Shown in pieces: positions 35,877 through 45,611 of a stretch of 64,000 nucleotides of DNA. The notes beneath the pieces were generated by a model. It saw only the letters and a list, made by a program, of their open reading frames with translations, was not told the origin of the DNA and searched no databases. Location of the stretch: IMG/VR virus record IMGVR_UViG_3300033073_000736, positions 1 to 64,000 of that record. One strand, 5' to 3'. Both the position numbers and the translations under genes were made by a program. The stretch is from a virus (lineage: Duplodnaviria; Caudoviricetes). Within the stretch, counting starts at the first letter, position 1, and each line of letters begins with the position of its first letter.

Positions 35877-36284
35877 TTATTTGGCTGCTTTGCTATTCCC
35901 GCTTTCCAGTTGTATTTCCATCCTACCAATCCTCTCCCCGTGCTGTTCAAGCAAAGTGAGTTTCTCCTTGATAATGAATACAGCCAACCCTTGCCCCATC
36001 GCTAAACAGAATGTCCCCACTGCAAAAGCCCCTTTCAACCAACCAAGTGTTGTGTTCATCTGGTCTTTAGTATGCTTGAACTCCTTAACCAGTGCTTCGT
36101 GAGACTCGCTGAGGTGGTCTTGCTTCTGTTGGTAGGCGATGAACTTACTCAGTATCTCCGTCTGTTTATCAAGGGCCGAATGCACTCCTTGCATTGTCGT
36201 ATTCAGACCATCCAACTTTACATTGATAACAGCTACATTCTGTTCTATGAGGTTGATCCTTTGTTCTTCATTTTGACTGGTCAT
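35877..36284 (-). CDS. coiled-coil plus TM protein in the lysis cassette (XhlA-like or holin accessory)
   Basis: RINLIEQNVAVINVKLDGL coiled coil; single TM WLKGAFAVGTFCLAMGQGLAVFII. Confidence 0.7.
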   Translation of the reverse strand: MTSQNEEQRINLIEQNVAVINVKLDGLNTTMQGVHSALDKQTEILSKFIAYQQKQDHLSESHEALVKEFKHTKDQMNTTLGWLKGAFAVGTFCLAMGQGLAVFIIKEKLTLLEQHGERIGRMEIQLESGNSKAAK

Positions 36285-36567
36285 TTTGTTCTGTCCTTTT
36301 TGTTGCAATATACGCAGCACTACTTCCAGTAACAAGCATACCAATTACGAGGAGGATGGTGTTTGTCAGTGTAGAATATACAAACTGAAACTGTACAGCA
36401 CTAACACCAATAGAAAGGCCAACGACTATTCCCAACATAACTAACGCCACAGCAGCAGCAACAAAAATACCAGTCATATAACCAAGACGTTTGGTAGACG
36501 GCATTCCACTCTTTCCATCTGACATGGCCTTCTGTAGCCATTCATTCCATCTAAGATATTGCCACAT
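36268..36567 (-). CDS. putative holin
   Basis: 99 aa with two TM segments, directly after the endolysin. Confidence 0.65.
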   Translation of the reverse strand: MWQYLRWNEWLQKAMSDGKSGMPSTKRLGYMTGIFVAAAVALVMLGIVVGLSIGVSAVQFQFVYSTLTNTILLVIGMLVTGSSAAYIATKRTEQNDQSK

Positions 36568-36568
36568 T

Positions 36569-37204
36569 TTATGTCTCCTTCTTGGTCAGTATTTCCATTG
36601 CTGCTTTCCTGCCTTTCTCTCTTTCCTCGTGTCCCATGCCGGAAGGGCCATTGATGGCTTTGGTCACACCCCACCAATCGTTCTTGTCAACTAAAGCATT
36701 AATCTTCCTGCTATCCCAATACCAACAGGCTGACAATACAGCATACCACCCTTCTTCAAGGAACTCAGGATGCTGAACAACATCCACACCTGTTGCTTTA
36801 TAGAAAGCAATGTAATTGTCCTTGAAAGTTAGGTGACACCCCCCTCTCCCTCTGTATCGCCACCCATCCCCGCTTGCTTCATCCCCATTCCCATACCTAT
36901 TGGCATAGACACGATTAGCAATGTTGATAGGCTTATTGACATACATCTTGGCAAGATAGAGAGTGGGGAATCGACTTGGAAACACCCTCATAAGCCGCTC
37001 AGGAGAGGTGTAATTGGTGTTCTCAACCAGCCTAGTCCATCCCATTGTCTCGTGTCCGAACTGGCCTAGAAACGTCGCTAAACGAGGGATGGAGGCATTG
37101 ATGCCGTACTTAGGGAGGAGTTGATTGATGGCATTGACGTATTCCTTTACGTTCTTGCATTTGGGGAATAAGGAGCGCATCTGCTGTTCTGTTATTTGAA
37201 TCAC
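36569..37204 (-). CDS. endolysin, glycoside hydrolase family 19
   Basis: FLGQ.GHET...EN.NY...GDGWRYRGRG...NY...WYW...ING. Confidence 0.92.
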   Translation of the reverse strand: MIQITEQQMRSLFPKCKNVKEYVNAINQLLPKYGINASIPRLATFLGQFGHETMGWTRLVENTNYTSPERLMRVFPSRFPTLYLAKMYVNKPINIANRVYANRYGNGDEASGDGWRYRGRGGCHLTFKDNYIAFYKATGVDVVQHPEFLEEGWYAVLSACWYWDSRKINALVDKNDWWGVTKAINGPSGMGHEEREKGRKAAMEILTKKET

Positions 37205-37225
37205 TTATGCCTCCTTCTGTTTGGC

Positions 37226-38350
37226 TCAGATTTTAATAATGTACATCATAGCTACGTTACGTGGGCGGGTTTCAGTTCCACCAGTAGAAGATGTATAGTT
37301 GTACAATGGGTCAAACAATGCGGTAGCGTTCACTTGGTCACGACCATCAACACCCTTGGTTCCAATACCGGGTGAACCACTCACAGGATTCATGTTCAAA
37401 TTGTGGCTGTGAGATTTAATCTCTTCGTCCTGATTACTGCCACTGGCACGACCGGGGTCTACACCTCTACCATGATCCCATCCACGAAGAAACTCGCCAC
37501 GCATGTCAGGAAGGTTGAACGTACTGATTCCGTCCCCAATCCCGTAGGTTGTTGAGATAACCGAGAACAATGTCGAGTATGTTGTCCGACTGACAGCCGA
37601 TCCATTACACTCAAGCCATCCAGTTGGTGCAGATGTCCCTGCAAAGGCCATTACGCATCCAGAAGGTGTATAGTTGGACGCCATCAACTTCTTCGGCGTA
37701 ACGACAGTTACATCGCTAACACCAGCATTTGTTTCAGCTTGAGTTGCAATCTCAGCAATCCCTGCTGTTGTTTCATTAGCTTGTCCAGTGCGTGCATCCA
37801 CATAACTCTTACGGGCAGCATGATTGGCACTTGACGGGCTGCCTACCAAAAATGTTTGACTGCTATTCCCGGCAATGGGGGCAAATGTCGCATCACACTG
37901 AGCAATGGAATAGACAGACAGGTTAGCCCGAGCAGTTGTAACATTGCTCAAACTAGCCAATGTGCCGTAATTGGTAATGTGATTTGACAACGCAGTGTTC
38001 ACTGTAGCAGCACTACCATAAGAATCAAATGCCCTTTCCCAATATGCAGTTTCGGTAGACGGGTTCTTGTTTGTACCTGTCTGAATTGACTTGTACACAA
38101 CCCCGTTGTATTGGACATAAGAAGCGTACCCAGAAGCATATTGATACTCGGTATTACCGTCCCACTCTGGTACGCCCATCTGGAACGTGTAATAGATACC
38201 AGTGTCTTGTCTATTCTGAAGCCAGTTCATATATTCAAATGCTGGTTTTTCGGCAGTCCACCCCTGTTGCTTCTTTCCGTCTGTAGGTGTACTCACCGTT
38301 CCTGTTTGCGCCCACTGGATGCTAAGATCGGGTTTTGTAATTTTACTCAT
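37226..38350 (-). CDS. tail fibre protein with collar domain
   Basis: W...G...P....GW...P...NW anchor; P.G.V..FAG..AP.GWL.CNG..VSR..Y..LF...LPD.RG.F.RG; ETRPRNVA...IIK. Confidence 0.9.
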   Translation of the reverse strand: MSKITKPDLSIQWAQTGTVSTPTDGKKQQGWTAEKPAFEYMNWLQNRQDTGIYYTFQMGVPEWDGNTEYQYASGYASYVQYNGVVYKSIQTGTNKNPSTETAYWERAFDSYGSAATVNTALSNHITNYGTLASLSNVTTARANLSVYSIAQCDATFAPIAGNSSQTFLVGSPSSANHAARKSYVDARTGQANETTAGIAEIATQAETNAGVSDVTVVTPKKLMASNYTPSGCVMAFAGTSAPTGWLECNGSAVSRTTYSTLFSVISTTYGIGDGISTFNLPDMRGEFLRGWDHGRGVDPGRASGSNQDEEIKSHSHNLNMNPVSGSPGIGTKGVDGRDQVNATALFDPLYNYTSSTGGTETRPRNVAMMYIIKI

Positions 38351-38390
38351 TTGATTATCTTCCTTTTTGTATTCTCACTTTCCCAATTTG

Positions 38391-39737
38391 TTATGGGTAG
38401 GTTCTGACATCACCAACCCGCTGTGTCGGGTTCATCCCTCTATAATAAAGGATTGCCCCACTGCCCGTTCCAGCAGCAACATCGTACCTACTCCCCCCGC
38501 CAAACGTGCATCTGTCCAGCCACATCTTCGCAGCGCCTGTACTGACGAGCCAAGAAGCGTCCGTTTCGCTATCATCGTTCTTAACAGAATTACGAGCATC
38601 ACATAGAATGTTCCAACTCTCTGTCCCGTCATTAACATCTGCCACTACGGGGCCATCTGCACTGTCATAGGAGCCAAGAATACGAATAATCTTGCAACCA
38701 TCGTGAATGGTTGAGCAGTTGTCGCTCCCTGTTCCGTTGATATCAATACCCGCATCTTTACAAGTAACACCAATTTCTACAGCTTTAACGATTCTTCCAC
38801 TCTCGATGTGGTAGTTTAGAATATCTGTATAGCTACCGCTACCACCGCCACCCTGTATAAGGACGTAAGGGATTCCGTAGCAGTGAAGGTTGTTGCCATT
38901 GGTGCTAAATCTAAACCATGTATTACGACAATATAGACGAGAAGATGTCCCGCCACCTGTACAACGTAAACACCCTGTAGCCCCACCAATCAGTTCAATC
39001 TTTCCACTGGTTCCACCGTCAAAAATCCATGTGTAGTTGGATGTGAATGTCGTATTGGAAGCATTGACTATAATGAATAGGTTAGTGTCCCCGGTTGGTG
39101 TAGTGTTGTTCAACTTGTGTACGTATAAGGTGCTGCCGGATTGAAACCAACTCCCCATAGTGGATTGACATTCAGCCAGAGAAGCAGCCGCATAATAACG
39201 AGTCGGATCACCATAAGCATTTAGTGTAGAATAATCCCTCACTTGAGCAACAGAGGAACGGTTGGCAGAATACGTATTGCTTCCAACACTTGTCCATGTA
39301 AGCGTGGAAGCCTTGACGAATGGTCCTGTACGCACATTCCCTGCTGCCTTGAAGATGACATTCTTCCCCGTCACACCGCCAGAGCCGGGATGGTCATTTT
39401 GCATATAGTCCCCTGCTGCCAGATTAATTCTCACCCAAGGGGTGGGGGCTGAAGCAGCAAGGGTCATTGTGTTGTCAATCCCTTTCTTTGGTGTACTGAT
39501 TGTCAACCCATCGTTGCTGTCACTACCAGACGGTGATACGTAATAATCAGTAACACTAATTCCATTATACAACGAATCGAAATTAAAGGATGTGGTTCCA
39601 TTCCCATATATGGTGAAGGGTGGGTCAAATGTATCCGGTGTGAACGTCAATCCTACGGGAGGAGTGAGATAGTAGGAGGGGGAAGATGAACCCCTGCTAC
39701 CTGTTGCCACTCCACCGGAAGCATATTCATTGTTCAT
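38391..39737 (-). CDS. putative beta-helix tailspike / polysaccharide depolymerase
   Basis: YYVSPSGSDSNDG...P...I pectin-lyase-fold entry motif followed by Gly/Asn/Thr-rich beta repeats. Confidence 0.6.
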   Translation of the reverse strand: MNNEYASGGVATGSRGSSSPSYYLTPPVGLTFTPDTFDPPFTIYGNGTTSFNFDSLYNGISVTDYYVSPSGSDSNDGLTISTPKKGIDNTMTLAASAPTPWVRINLAAGDYMQNDHPGSGGVTGKNVIFKAAGNVRTGPFVKASTLTWTSVGSNTYSANRSSVAQVRDYSTLNAYGDPTRYYAAASLAECQSTMGSWFQSGSTLYVHKLNNTTPTGDTNLFIIVNASNTTFTSNYTWIFDGGTSGKIELIGGATGCLRCTGGGTSSRLYCRNTWFRFSTNGNNLHCYGIPYVLIQGGGGSGSYTDILNYHIESGRIVKAVEIGVTCKDAGIDINGTGSDNCSTIHDGCKIIRILGSYDSADGPVVADVNDGTESWNILCDARNSVKNDDSETDASWLVSTGAAKMWLDRCTFGGGSRYDVAAGTGSGAILYYRGMNPTQRVGDVRTYP

Positions 39738-39759
39738 CTTCTTTCGTCTCCATTTCTTA

Positions 39760-40110
39760 TTACCAACCAATCACAGTAACAGTGTATCCAGTGACATTAC
39801 TAAAAGCAGACGGAGTGAAAATAAACTCCTTCACTGCCAAGTCCTTTACGCGGATAGCTCTAGGTGCAGAGACATCAATCGTCAATGCTACGCCATAATC
39901 ATCCTTCAGAGTTTCCGTAGTTCCGCCAACAGAGGTAAACGTAATATTCAATGCCCCTGTAGGAGAGGAGCCTGAAACAACAGCAGAGAGGGTGAACGTG
40001 GTGGCACAACCTTCTACACCAAGGGAGTTATTATATGTATCAGAACCAATCTTCACAGTAACAGCGCCGCTTGTTCCGCTTTCTGTATCCTTCGTAATTG
40101 CAGTTGCCAT
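39760..40110 (-). CDS. small beta-rich virion protein
   Basis: 116-aa ORF with AGGAG SD, between fibre genes. Confidence 0.7.
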   Translation of the reverse strand: MATAITKDTESGTSGAVTVKIGSDTYNNSLGVEGCATTFTLSAVVSGSSPTGALNITFTSVGGTTETLKDDYGVALTIDVSAPRAIRVKDLAVKEFIFTPSAFSNVTGYTVTVIGW

Positions 40111-40133
40111 TCTTTTCTACTCCTATCTTATAT

Positions 40134-40580
40134 TTACCAAGTGGACAATGCAGCACGTTTCCACGTATCTGTGGCCGTGCATACATAAATGTATCCAGTA
40201 TCTACAGCCCAATCCCCGCTTGTCCCTGTAGAACTCGCTGAAGCAGGGGGTGCTACAAACTTCTTACCATACAGTTTCCAATAGGCGGTTTCTGTATCGG
40301 GTTGTTTGTTACTTCCTGTTTGAATGGAAACATAAATATTTCCACTATACGTAACAAAACTGCTGCCGGATTGGTATTCAATTGTTGCCACCCATTCCGG
40401 TACACCTTGCTGCATCATGTAAGATATGGCTTGATCTTGCCTGTTTTCAATAAAGTTCCAATATTGGTAAGGGGGACGTTCTACTACCCATCCAGATTGG
40501 ATTCTACCATTTGTAGGGGTGGATACATCCCCTGCTGAAGCCCATTTATATGTATAGTCGGGCCTAGTCTCTTTAGCCAT
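40134..40580 (-). CDS. short tail-fibre-like adaptor, paralogous to the N-terminus of 37226-38350
   Basis: WAS.GDVSTPT...GW..E.P...N...NRQD...QQGVPEW...EYQ shared. Confidence 0.85.
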   Translation of the reverse strand: MAKETRPDYTYKWASAGDVSTPTNGRIQSGWVVERPPYQYWNFIENRQDQAISYMMQQGVPEWVATIEYQSGSSFVTYSGNIYVSIQTGSNKQPDTETAYWKLYGKKFVAPPASASSTGTSGDWAVDTGYIYVCTATDTWKRAALSTW

Positions 40581-40601
40581 CCTTCTATTCTCCTTCTTAG
40601 G

Positions 40602-41828
40602 TTAACTGAAACTGAACCCTGTTCTCTGACTAGCAAGGGTATGTTTGAAACCGATGGCATCAACAATAACCGTTTTGTTTGTTACTGCTGTAAGGGCATT
40701 GTTGCGGATTGCAATTTGCTCTGTCAGCCCTTTTCCTGTTGTAATCACCCCAGTAGAATGTGTAGCAACCAACGTGTCATTAATGTAGAACGTCACTGTA
40801 CCAGTAGTTCCAACTACCACTTTCAGGGCAATAGCTGAATTAAGTGACGCTGTAACAGATGTTGTAGTGGTTTCAATCGTAGTAAGAACTCCGCTGACAC
40901 ATTTCCAATAACTACTAGAATTATCTACATAGAAGAAAGCACCAGCACCATCAATGGAATGTGCACCGGAAAGGTCTGCAAATGGGTCAGAATCGTCTAA
41001 TGGTAGGGTGGGGGCATAACTAAATCCGATTCGATATACAAAGTTATTACTTCCATCTGGCAATTGATCAAACAAACTACCGTGGAAGATCATTTGCATC
41101 ACGTCCCCTGTTCGCCACTGACTACAGATATTTCCTCCGCTGCCTACCAGTCCTGTTTCGCTTCGGTATACAAGAGCACCTACACCGTTTCCAGTGCTGT
41201 TCAACCGTACACCCATTACACCTGTAAATCTGCTTCCATTGGTGATAAGAGCAATATCATCGTCTGTGATTGCAAAATTGGAATAATTGCTACCGCCGCG
41301 CACATAAACTGACTGCCCCGATGTTACAATATCACAAAACAAGAAATCATCTACAAACTCCACCCCTTTAGCGTAGGAATTGATATTTCCTGTAGCTGTA
41401 TCTACGTAGGTTTTAGTGGCTTTCTGGCTAGCCGCAACAAGGTCACTGTTGGCTGCCAATGTACCGTCAGTGTCTAACGTCACTGTATCAGCAGACCAAG
41501 CACTACTAGCGTACTTGTAATACGAGGATGTGGCAGCATTCCATACGCGCCACCCTTCTGACGGGGTGTAGAATGTCCACCCACCATTCACATAAATGGC
41601 AATATCCTTTGCGTGTCCACTCCATGCACCAGTTGGACTTGATGCAACAATATATCTGTCTCCAGTGGTTGGAGAACCGGGAGGGGTGGAAACTGCTGCA
41701 CTGATTACTTTTCCTTGTACCAATGTGTCCAGCTTAAGTAGGTTGGCGTCCATCCCGGTATTCCAGCCATCCTCCCCCGATGTCCAAGCATACTGCATCC
41801 CCATATTTGGGAGGGTTGTTGCTGTCAT
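40602..41828 (-). CDS. DUF2793-domain virion protein with a C-terminal beta-sandwich (lectin-like) domain
   Basis: LD.LVQ..V.....PP.SP..GDRYIV...PTGAW.G....IA....GW.F..P.EGW. Confidence 0.8.
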   Translation of the reverse strand: MTATTLPNMGMQYAWTSGEDGWNTGMDANLLKLDTLVQGKVISAAVSTPPGSPTTGDRYIVASSPTGAWSGHAKDIAIYVNGGWTFYTPSEGWRVWNAATSSYYKYASSAWSADTVTLDTDGTLAANSDLVAASQKATKTYVDTATGNINSYAKGVEFVDDFLFCDIVTSGQSVYVRGGSNYSNFAITDDDIALITNGSRFTGVMGVRLNSTGNGVGALVYRSETGLVGSGGNICSQWRTGDVMQMIFHGSLFDQLPDGSNNFVYRIGFSYAPTLPLDDSDPFADLSGAHSIDGAGAFFYVDNSSSYWKCVSGVLTTIETTTTSVTASLNSAIALKVVVGTTGTVTFYINDTLVATHSTGVITTGKGLTEQIAIRNNALTAVTNKTVIVDAIGFKHTLASQRTGFSFS

Positions 41829-41860
41829 TATAGTATTTCTCCTATTCTCTAATGCTATTA

Positions 41861-42631
41861 TTATGCAAGCGCGGGAATGTATCCGCCAGTTTCAGATGAT
41901 GTAGCTGCACCATATCCCATTCCATATTCCATTCCATATCCTGTGCCCAGACTGCCTAGTGTTGATGCTTCGCTGTCTTCAGCCATTCCAAAATAATCTT
42001 CTTCAAAGAATACATACTCCACGGCAACCCCTACCGGGATAGGAATGATACTACCTTGGTTACTCAGTCCGCGCAGGAAGTAGGATTGAAAATCTGTAAG
42101 GTTATTTTCCACTTCAAGAGTGATGTGGGCATCTGGATGTTCAACCACTCTACAATTAGCATTACCAGTGACGAAGTTAAGCCCTGAAATAATAGCTTCT
42201 GGGGTGGCCTTAGAGGAATTGGCAATGATACGGGCCTTGATAATGAACCTGTAAGTCTTATCATCTACTGTGCTACTGCTCCCCTCTTCTTGGTCTTTAC
42301 TGCGGAACAAACCTCCGAGAGTGGAATTAGAAAGTGTTCCAAAAGTTTCAGCACCACTACTTCCGTTAAAACCAAAGAAAGGGAAGGTGTTGTAGTTGAC
42401 AAGTGTTCTTTCTTGTCCAAACAGCCTCCCTATCGCATCAAGTTGCTCACCAGAGGCAGTATCAATACTGCGTAATTGCATCAAGTCTTTGTACACAGAT
42501 TGCAATTCTGTAATCTGGTCAATTGCTAATTTGAGATAGGTGTCAAATACCGGCTTATCCTTGAATTGCTGCCCCACCCTCCCTCTGGCTTCAGAGAGAT
42601 AGTCGGTTTCAGTGAATGGCGTTGTTGTCAT
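41861..42631 (-). CDS. baseplate wedge subunit (DUF2612-like)
   Basis: DTA.GEQLD.IG..GQ.R...FFGF...D..YR..IKA.I..N. Confidence 0.85.
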   Translation of the reverse strand: MTTTPFTETDYLSEARGRVGQQFKDKPVFDTYLKLAIDQITELQSVYKDLMQLRSIDTASGEQLDAIGRLFGQERTLVNYNTFPFFGFNGSSGAETFGTLSNSTLGGLFRSKDQEEGSSSTVDDKTYRFIIKARIIANSSKATPEAIISGLNFVTGNANCRVVEHPDAHITLEVENNLTDFQSYFLRGLSNQGSIIPIPVGVAVEYVFFEEDYFGMAEDSEASTLGSLGTGYGMEYGMGYGAATSSETGGYIPALA

Positions 42632-42660
42632 TCTTTTTCTTCTCTCCGTCAGATAGTAAG

Positions 42661-44115
42661 TTAACTGTTGACAACAATATCAGCCAAAGTGATGGTGGCT
42701 CGTTTATAGTAGTCAACAGTGACATTAGCAGACGCCACGGGCGGGTCAACATCATCAACTTTTAAGTCAGTTACGTAGTGACCCGGAACAGTGTTGATTG
42801 GCGTGTACAGCCGACTATAAATTACATCTTCACCAATCTTCAGTCCGTTGATATAATCATAAATGGCCTGCTTGATCTGGTCACCCCCGTTAGTGGGATA
42901 ATCAGAGTCAGTAACTACAGTCACTTCAACATAGATTGGCAGGTCTGTTGGCCTATCAAACTTGATTGTGTGATCCACCCCTTGACTATCTGTCACTGTC
43001 TCGGTTACAGAGCCATACGTTCCAATTCCCGCTGGTTTATTATCCCAGATCGCTTGAGCAATATCCCCCGAATTTCCACCAAGGACAATAGGATAGAACG
43101 AGTGTGCAGGAACAGGAGGAGAAATAAGAGCCGTATCAGTCTCGTTTTCATGGATGATAATTTGCTCCACACCATCAAGCAAAAGGATGGCAGCATAAAT
43201 GGCCTCATATGTATTCAGACTATCTGTAAACTTGGCATCGGCATAACGAACACGCAGTTCTGCATCTGTTTCAGTATCAGTGCCGAGAGCAGCAGCAGAC
43301 GGATTGGTTACACTATCCCAACCAATAACGGGGGACTGAATACTTTGGATTGTATCGGCTTCTTGAGCATTCGACCCCGTCTCTGTACACTCTCCACTCA
43401 CCCCCTTCTTCACCTTACTGATTGTCCAATCAGTATTGACATCAAAAGTACACTGATATTCCTGATTGTAGATGGTGACAAGTGCCTCACTATCCTCAGG
43501 AACAGCAGACAAGTAGGTAGAATGGTTGGTGTTGATTTCAGTGGTTATAGCGTTGACAATCTCTGATTCAGTAGCACTGCCATCAGAAGTGATAGTAACA
43601 GTAACAGGACTAGCATTGATACCAGCAACCTGATAGGTAAAACTATAAGCCGTAGAATTAGATACGACAGCCGGAGAAATACGAATTGCAACACACCCAC
43701 TCTCATTCAGTGTAATCTCGCTGGCTGTACTGAAAACCTTCCCTGTAGAAGAGGAACGAACATTACTATCAACAGGAATCACTGTCCCGTAGTCACCGTA
43801 GCAAACCAGTGTTGCTGTAGAGGACGTATCGCTCTTTCTAGCCACCCCGCCAAGCAATGTGAGGTTTTCAAGAGATTGGCCCGTTGCTTGGTTAATGTCA
43901 AAAGACGAATATACGTCCTGAGCAGTTTCCCACAATTCTGCCAGCGGGGCAGCAACAAGTTTAATCCACCGCCCCAAGACAGATGTGTCAGATGTATTGA
44001 CAATATCACCCGGCTCAACAAGAGAGGAGAAGCCGCTTTCTGCGCTCACTTTCAATTCAGCAATAATGTCATTCAGGCGTTTTACCGAGAAGCCTGTTCC
44101 AGAAAGTCCAGCCAT
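42661..44115 (-). CDS. baseplate J-like wedge protein
   Basis: A.G..L......R...G.D.ETDAELR.R...V.GG...IA.AI...P.GI. Confidence 0.88.
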   Translation of the reverse strand: MAGLSGTGFSVKRLNDIIAELKVSAESGFSSLVEPGDIVNTSDTSVLGRWIKLVAAPLAELWETAQDVYSSFDINQATGQSLENLTLLGGVARKSDTSSTATLVCYGDYGTVIPVDSNVRSSSTGKVFSTASEITLNESGCVAIRISPAVVSNSTAYSFTYQVAGINASPVTVTITSDGSATESEIVNAITTEINTNHSTYLSAVPEDSEALVTIYNQEYQCTFDVNTDWTISKVKKGVSGECTETGSNAQEADTIQSIQSPVIGWDSVTNPSAAALGTDTETDAELRVRYADAKFTDSLNTYEAIYAAILLLDGVEQIIIHENETDTALISPPVPAHSFYPIVLGGNSGDIAQAIWDNKPAGIGTYGSVTETVTDSQGVDHTIKFDRPTDLPIYVEVTVVTDSDYPTNGGDQIKQAIYDYINGLKIGEDVIYSRLYTPINTVPGHYVTDLKVDDVDPPVASANVTVDYYKRATITLADIVVNS

Positions 44116-44144
44116 TTTTATTCCCTCATTTCATGTTTCTTGTA

Positions 44145-44513
44145 TCATTGGGTTGGCGTAATAGTGAAAGATTGTGTTGCCGATATGGCCCCATTTTCTG
44201 TTCTCACTCTGAAAGAGCAACTAAACACCCTCTCTTTTGAAATTGAAGACGAGTAGTCCACAATCTGCAAAGCATCCGGCTCAAGTAAGATTTGTTCTTG
44301 GATGATAGCGTCAACAGCAATCTTACTTCTATTCTTCCCCATCACCCTGTTCCACCAGTCAACACCGAGCGTGTTGTCCATAAACCATTCACCTTGGAAT
44401 GTGTTCAGGCGGATACGAATGCGTTGCGCCAAGTCTTCTGCACCAATGCTTGTAACACTACTTTCACCATTAGTGAAACTAATATCACCGTTGTCATCCA
44501 GTTTAATGTCCAT
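44145..44513 (-). CDS. baseplate wedge / sheath initiator
   Basis: Q.IRIRL..F.GEWF.D...G..W. Confidence 0.8.
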   Translation of the reverse strand: MDIKLDDNGDISFTNGESSVTSIGAEDLAQRIRIRLNTFQGEWFMDNTLGVDWWNRVMGKNRSKIAVDAIIQEQILLEPDALQIVDYSSSISKERVFSCSFRVRTENGAISATQSFTITPTQ

Positions 44514-44907
44514 GTGTCACCTGTGGTGTAGGAAGAGTAATATTGCAAGACTGGAACTGATTGGCTTTGTCATTTATCTTATTAATCAGGTCAGTGATTG
44601 CCGCAGCCCGTGCAGCTAGTTGTGTTGGATAAGTGAGTGCCGGAGCATACAAGGGCTGCAATACCCCTGTAATCAGTCCGGTAATCCAGTCAACAACATC
44701 GTCAATAGACGCAGGTGCTTCCAATAAGGCTGCAATAGGTGCTAGTTTATCTAACTGAACCTGAATTGCAGCATTCTCTGCATAAAGGGATTCTAAAATC
44801 TGTGTTCCAATTTTCTGTAAGTCTGCACAAGACTGAACACTATCAATCCTATCGGACATCTTTTCATACTGGTCAAGATTAATAACACCGCTACCTTGAG
44901 GGTTCAT
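44503..44907 (-). CDS. helical hypothetical virion-associated protein
   Basis: 134-aa ORF between spike and wedge genes. Confidence 0.7.
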   Translation of the reverse strand: MNPQGSGVINLDQYEKMSDRIDSVQSCADLQKIGTQILESLYAENAAIQVQLDKLAPIAALLEAPASIDDVVDWITGLITGVLQPLYAPALTYPTQLAARAAAITDLINKINDKANQFQSCNITLPTPQVTHGH

Positions 44908-44918
44908 GCTTGTCTCTT

Positions 44919-45593
44919 CTAAATAATATTTGTAATAATTCCGTCTGTCACTGTAACAATCTGACCTAACGGGGTTGTGAAACTTCCCGTAGCTCCAGTT
45001 CCGACAGTGATAGCACCTGTAGTGGTGAGCGTCCCATCCATATCTACAGAGAAATTAGTTTCACCAGAAATACCATTAAGTACGATCTTACCGTCAGGCT
45101 TCATCCGTATTTCACATTCGGCAGGTGTTCCGATATTATGCGAAACAACAGCATCATCTGTAGAATGGGTTAGTGTCCGATTAGTCTGTTTATTGATTGA
45201 CAGCCCAAATGGGAACAAACCGGGAATGGCCACAGCATCTCGCATATTGAAAGCACGATAATCGCTAGGGGGTTGTGGTGTTCCATCTCCGGCCTTGAAC
45301 ACATCAATACAAGACTGATTGAATACGAGCAATACTGTATCGCCTTGCTTTATGGGGAATGTGAATGCTGACGTACTGGATGATGGGAAGATGGCAGGTA
45401 CATTTGGGATAGTAACCCACTCCATTTCTTCGTAATCAGGAAACACCATGTTGATTAGTGGTTTGACATCAATGCGACATTCTTCTCCACTTCTCACTTG
45501 CATAACAATAGCGGGGATGGCGGTATACACACTTCTCATTTGGTGTTCAAAGAAAGCCTTCATTGCGCTTTCAAGCGTCATATCACTAGCCAT
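44919..45593 (-). CDS. baseplate central spike (Gp138-like)
   Basis: TAIPA.V...V.P...VP..FP...FP...GD..L.VF...D.....DAVAIPG. Confidence 0.85.
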   Translation of the reverse strand: MASDMTLESAMKAFFEHQMRSVYTAIPAIVMQVRSGEECRIDVKPLINMVFPDYEEMEWVTIPNVPAIFPSSSTSAFTFPIKQGDTVLLVFNQSCIDVFKAGDGTPQPPSDYRAFNMRDAVAIPGLFPFGLSINKQTNRTLTHSTDDAVVSHNIGTPAECEIRMKPDGKIVLNGISGETNFSVDMDGTLTTTGAITVGTGATGSFTTPLGQIVTVTDGIITNII

Positions 45594-45611
45594 ACATATA
45601 TTCCTTTGAAG

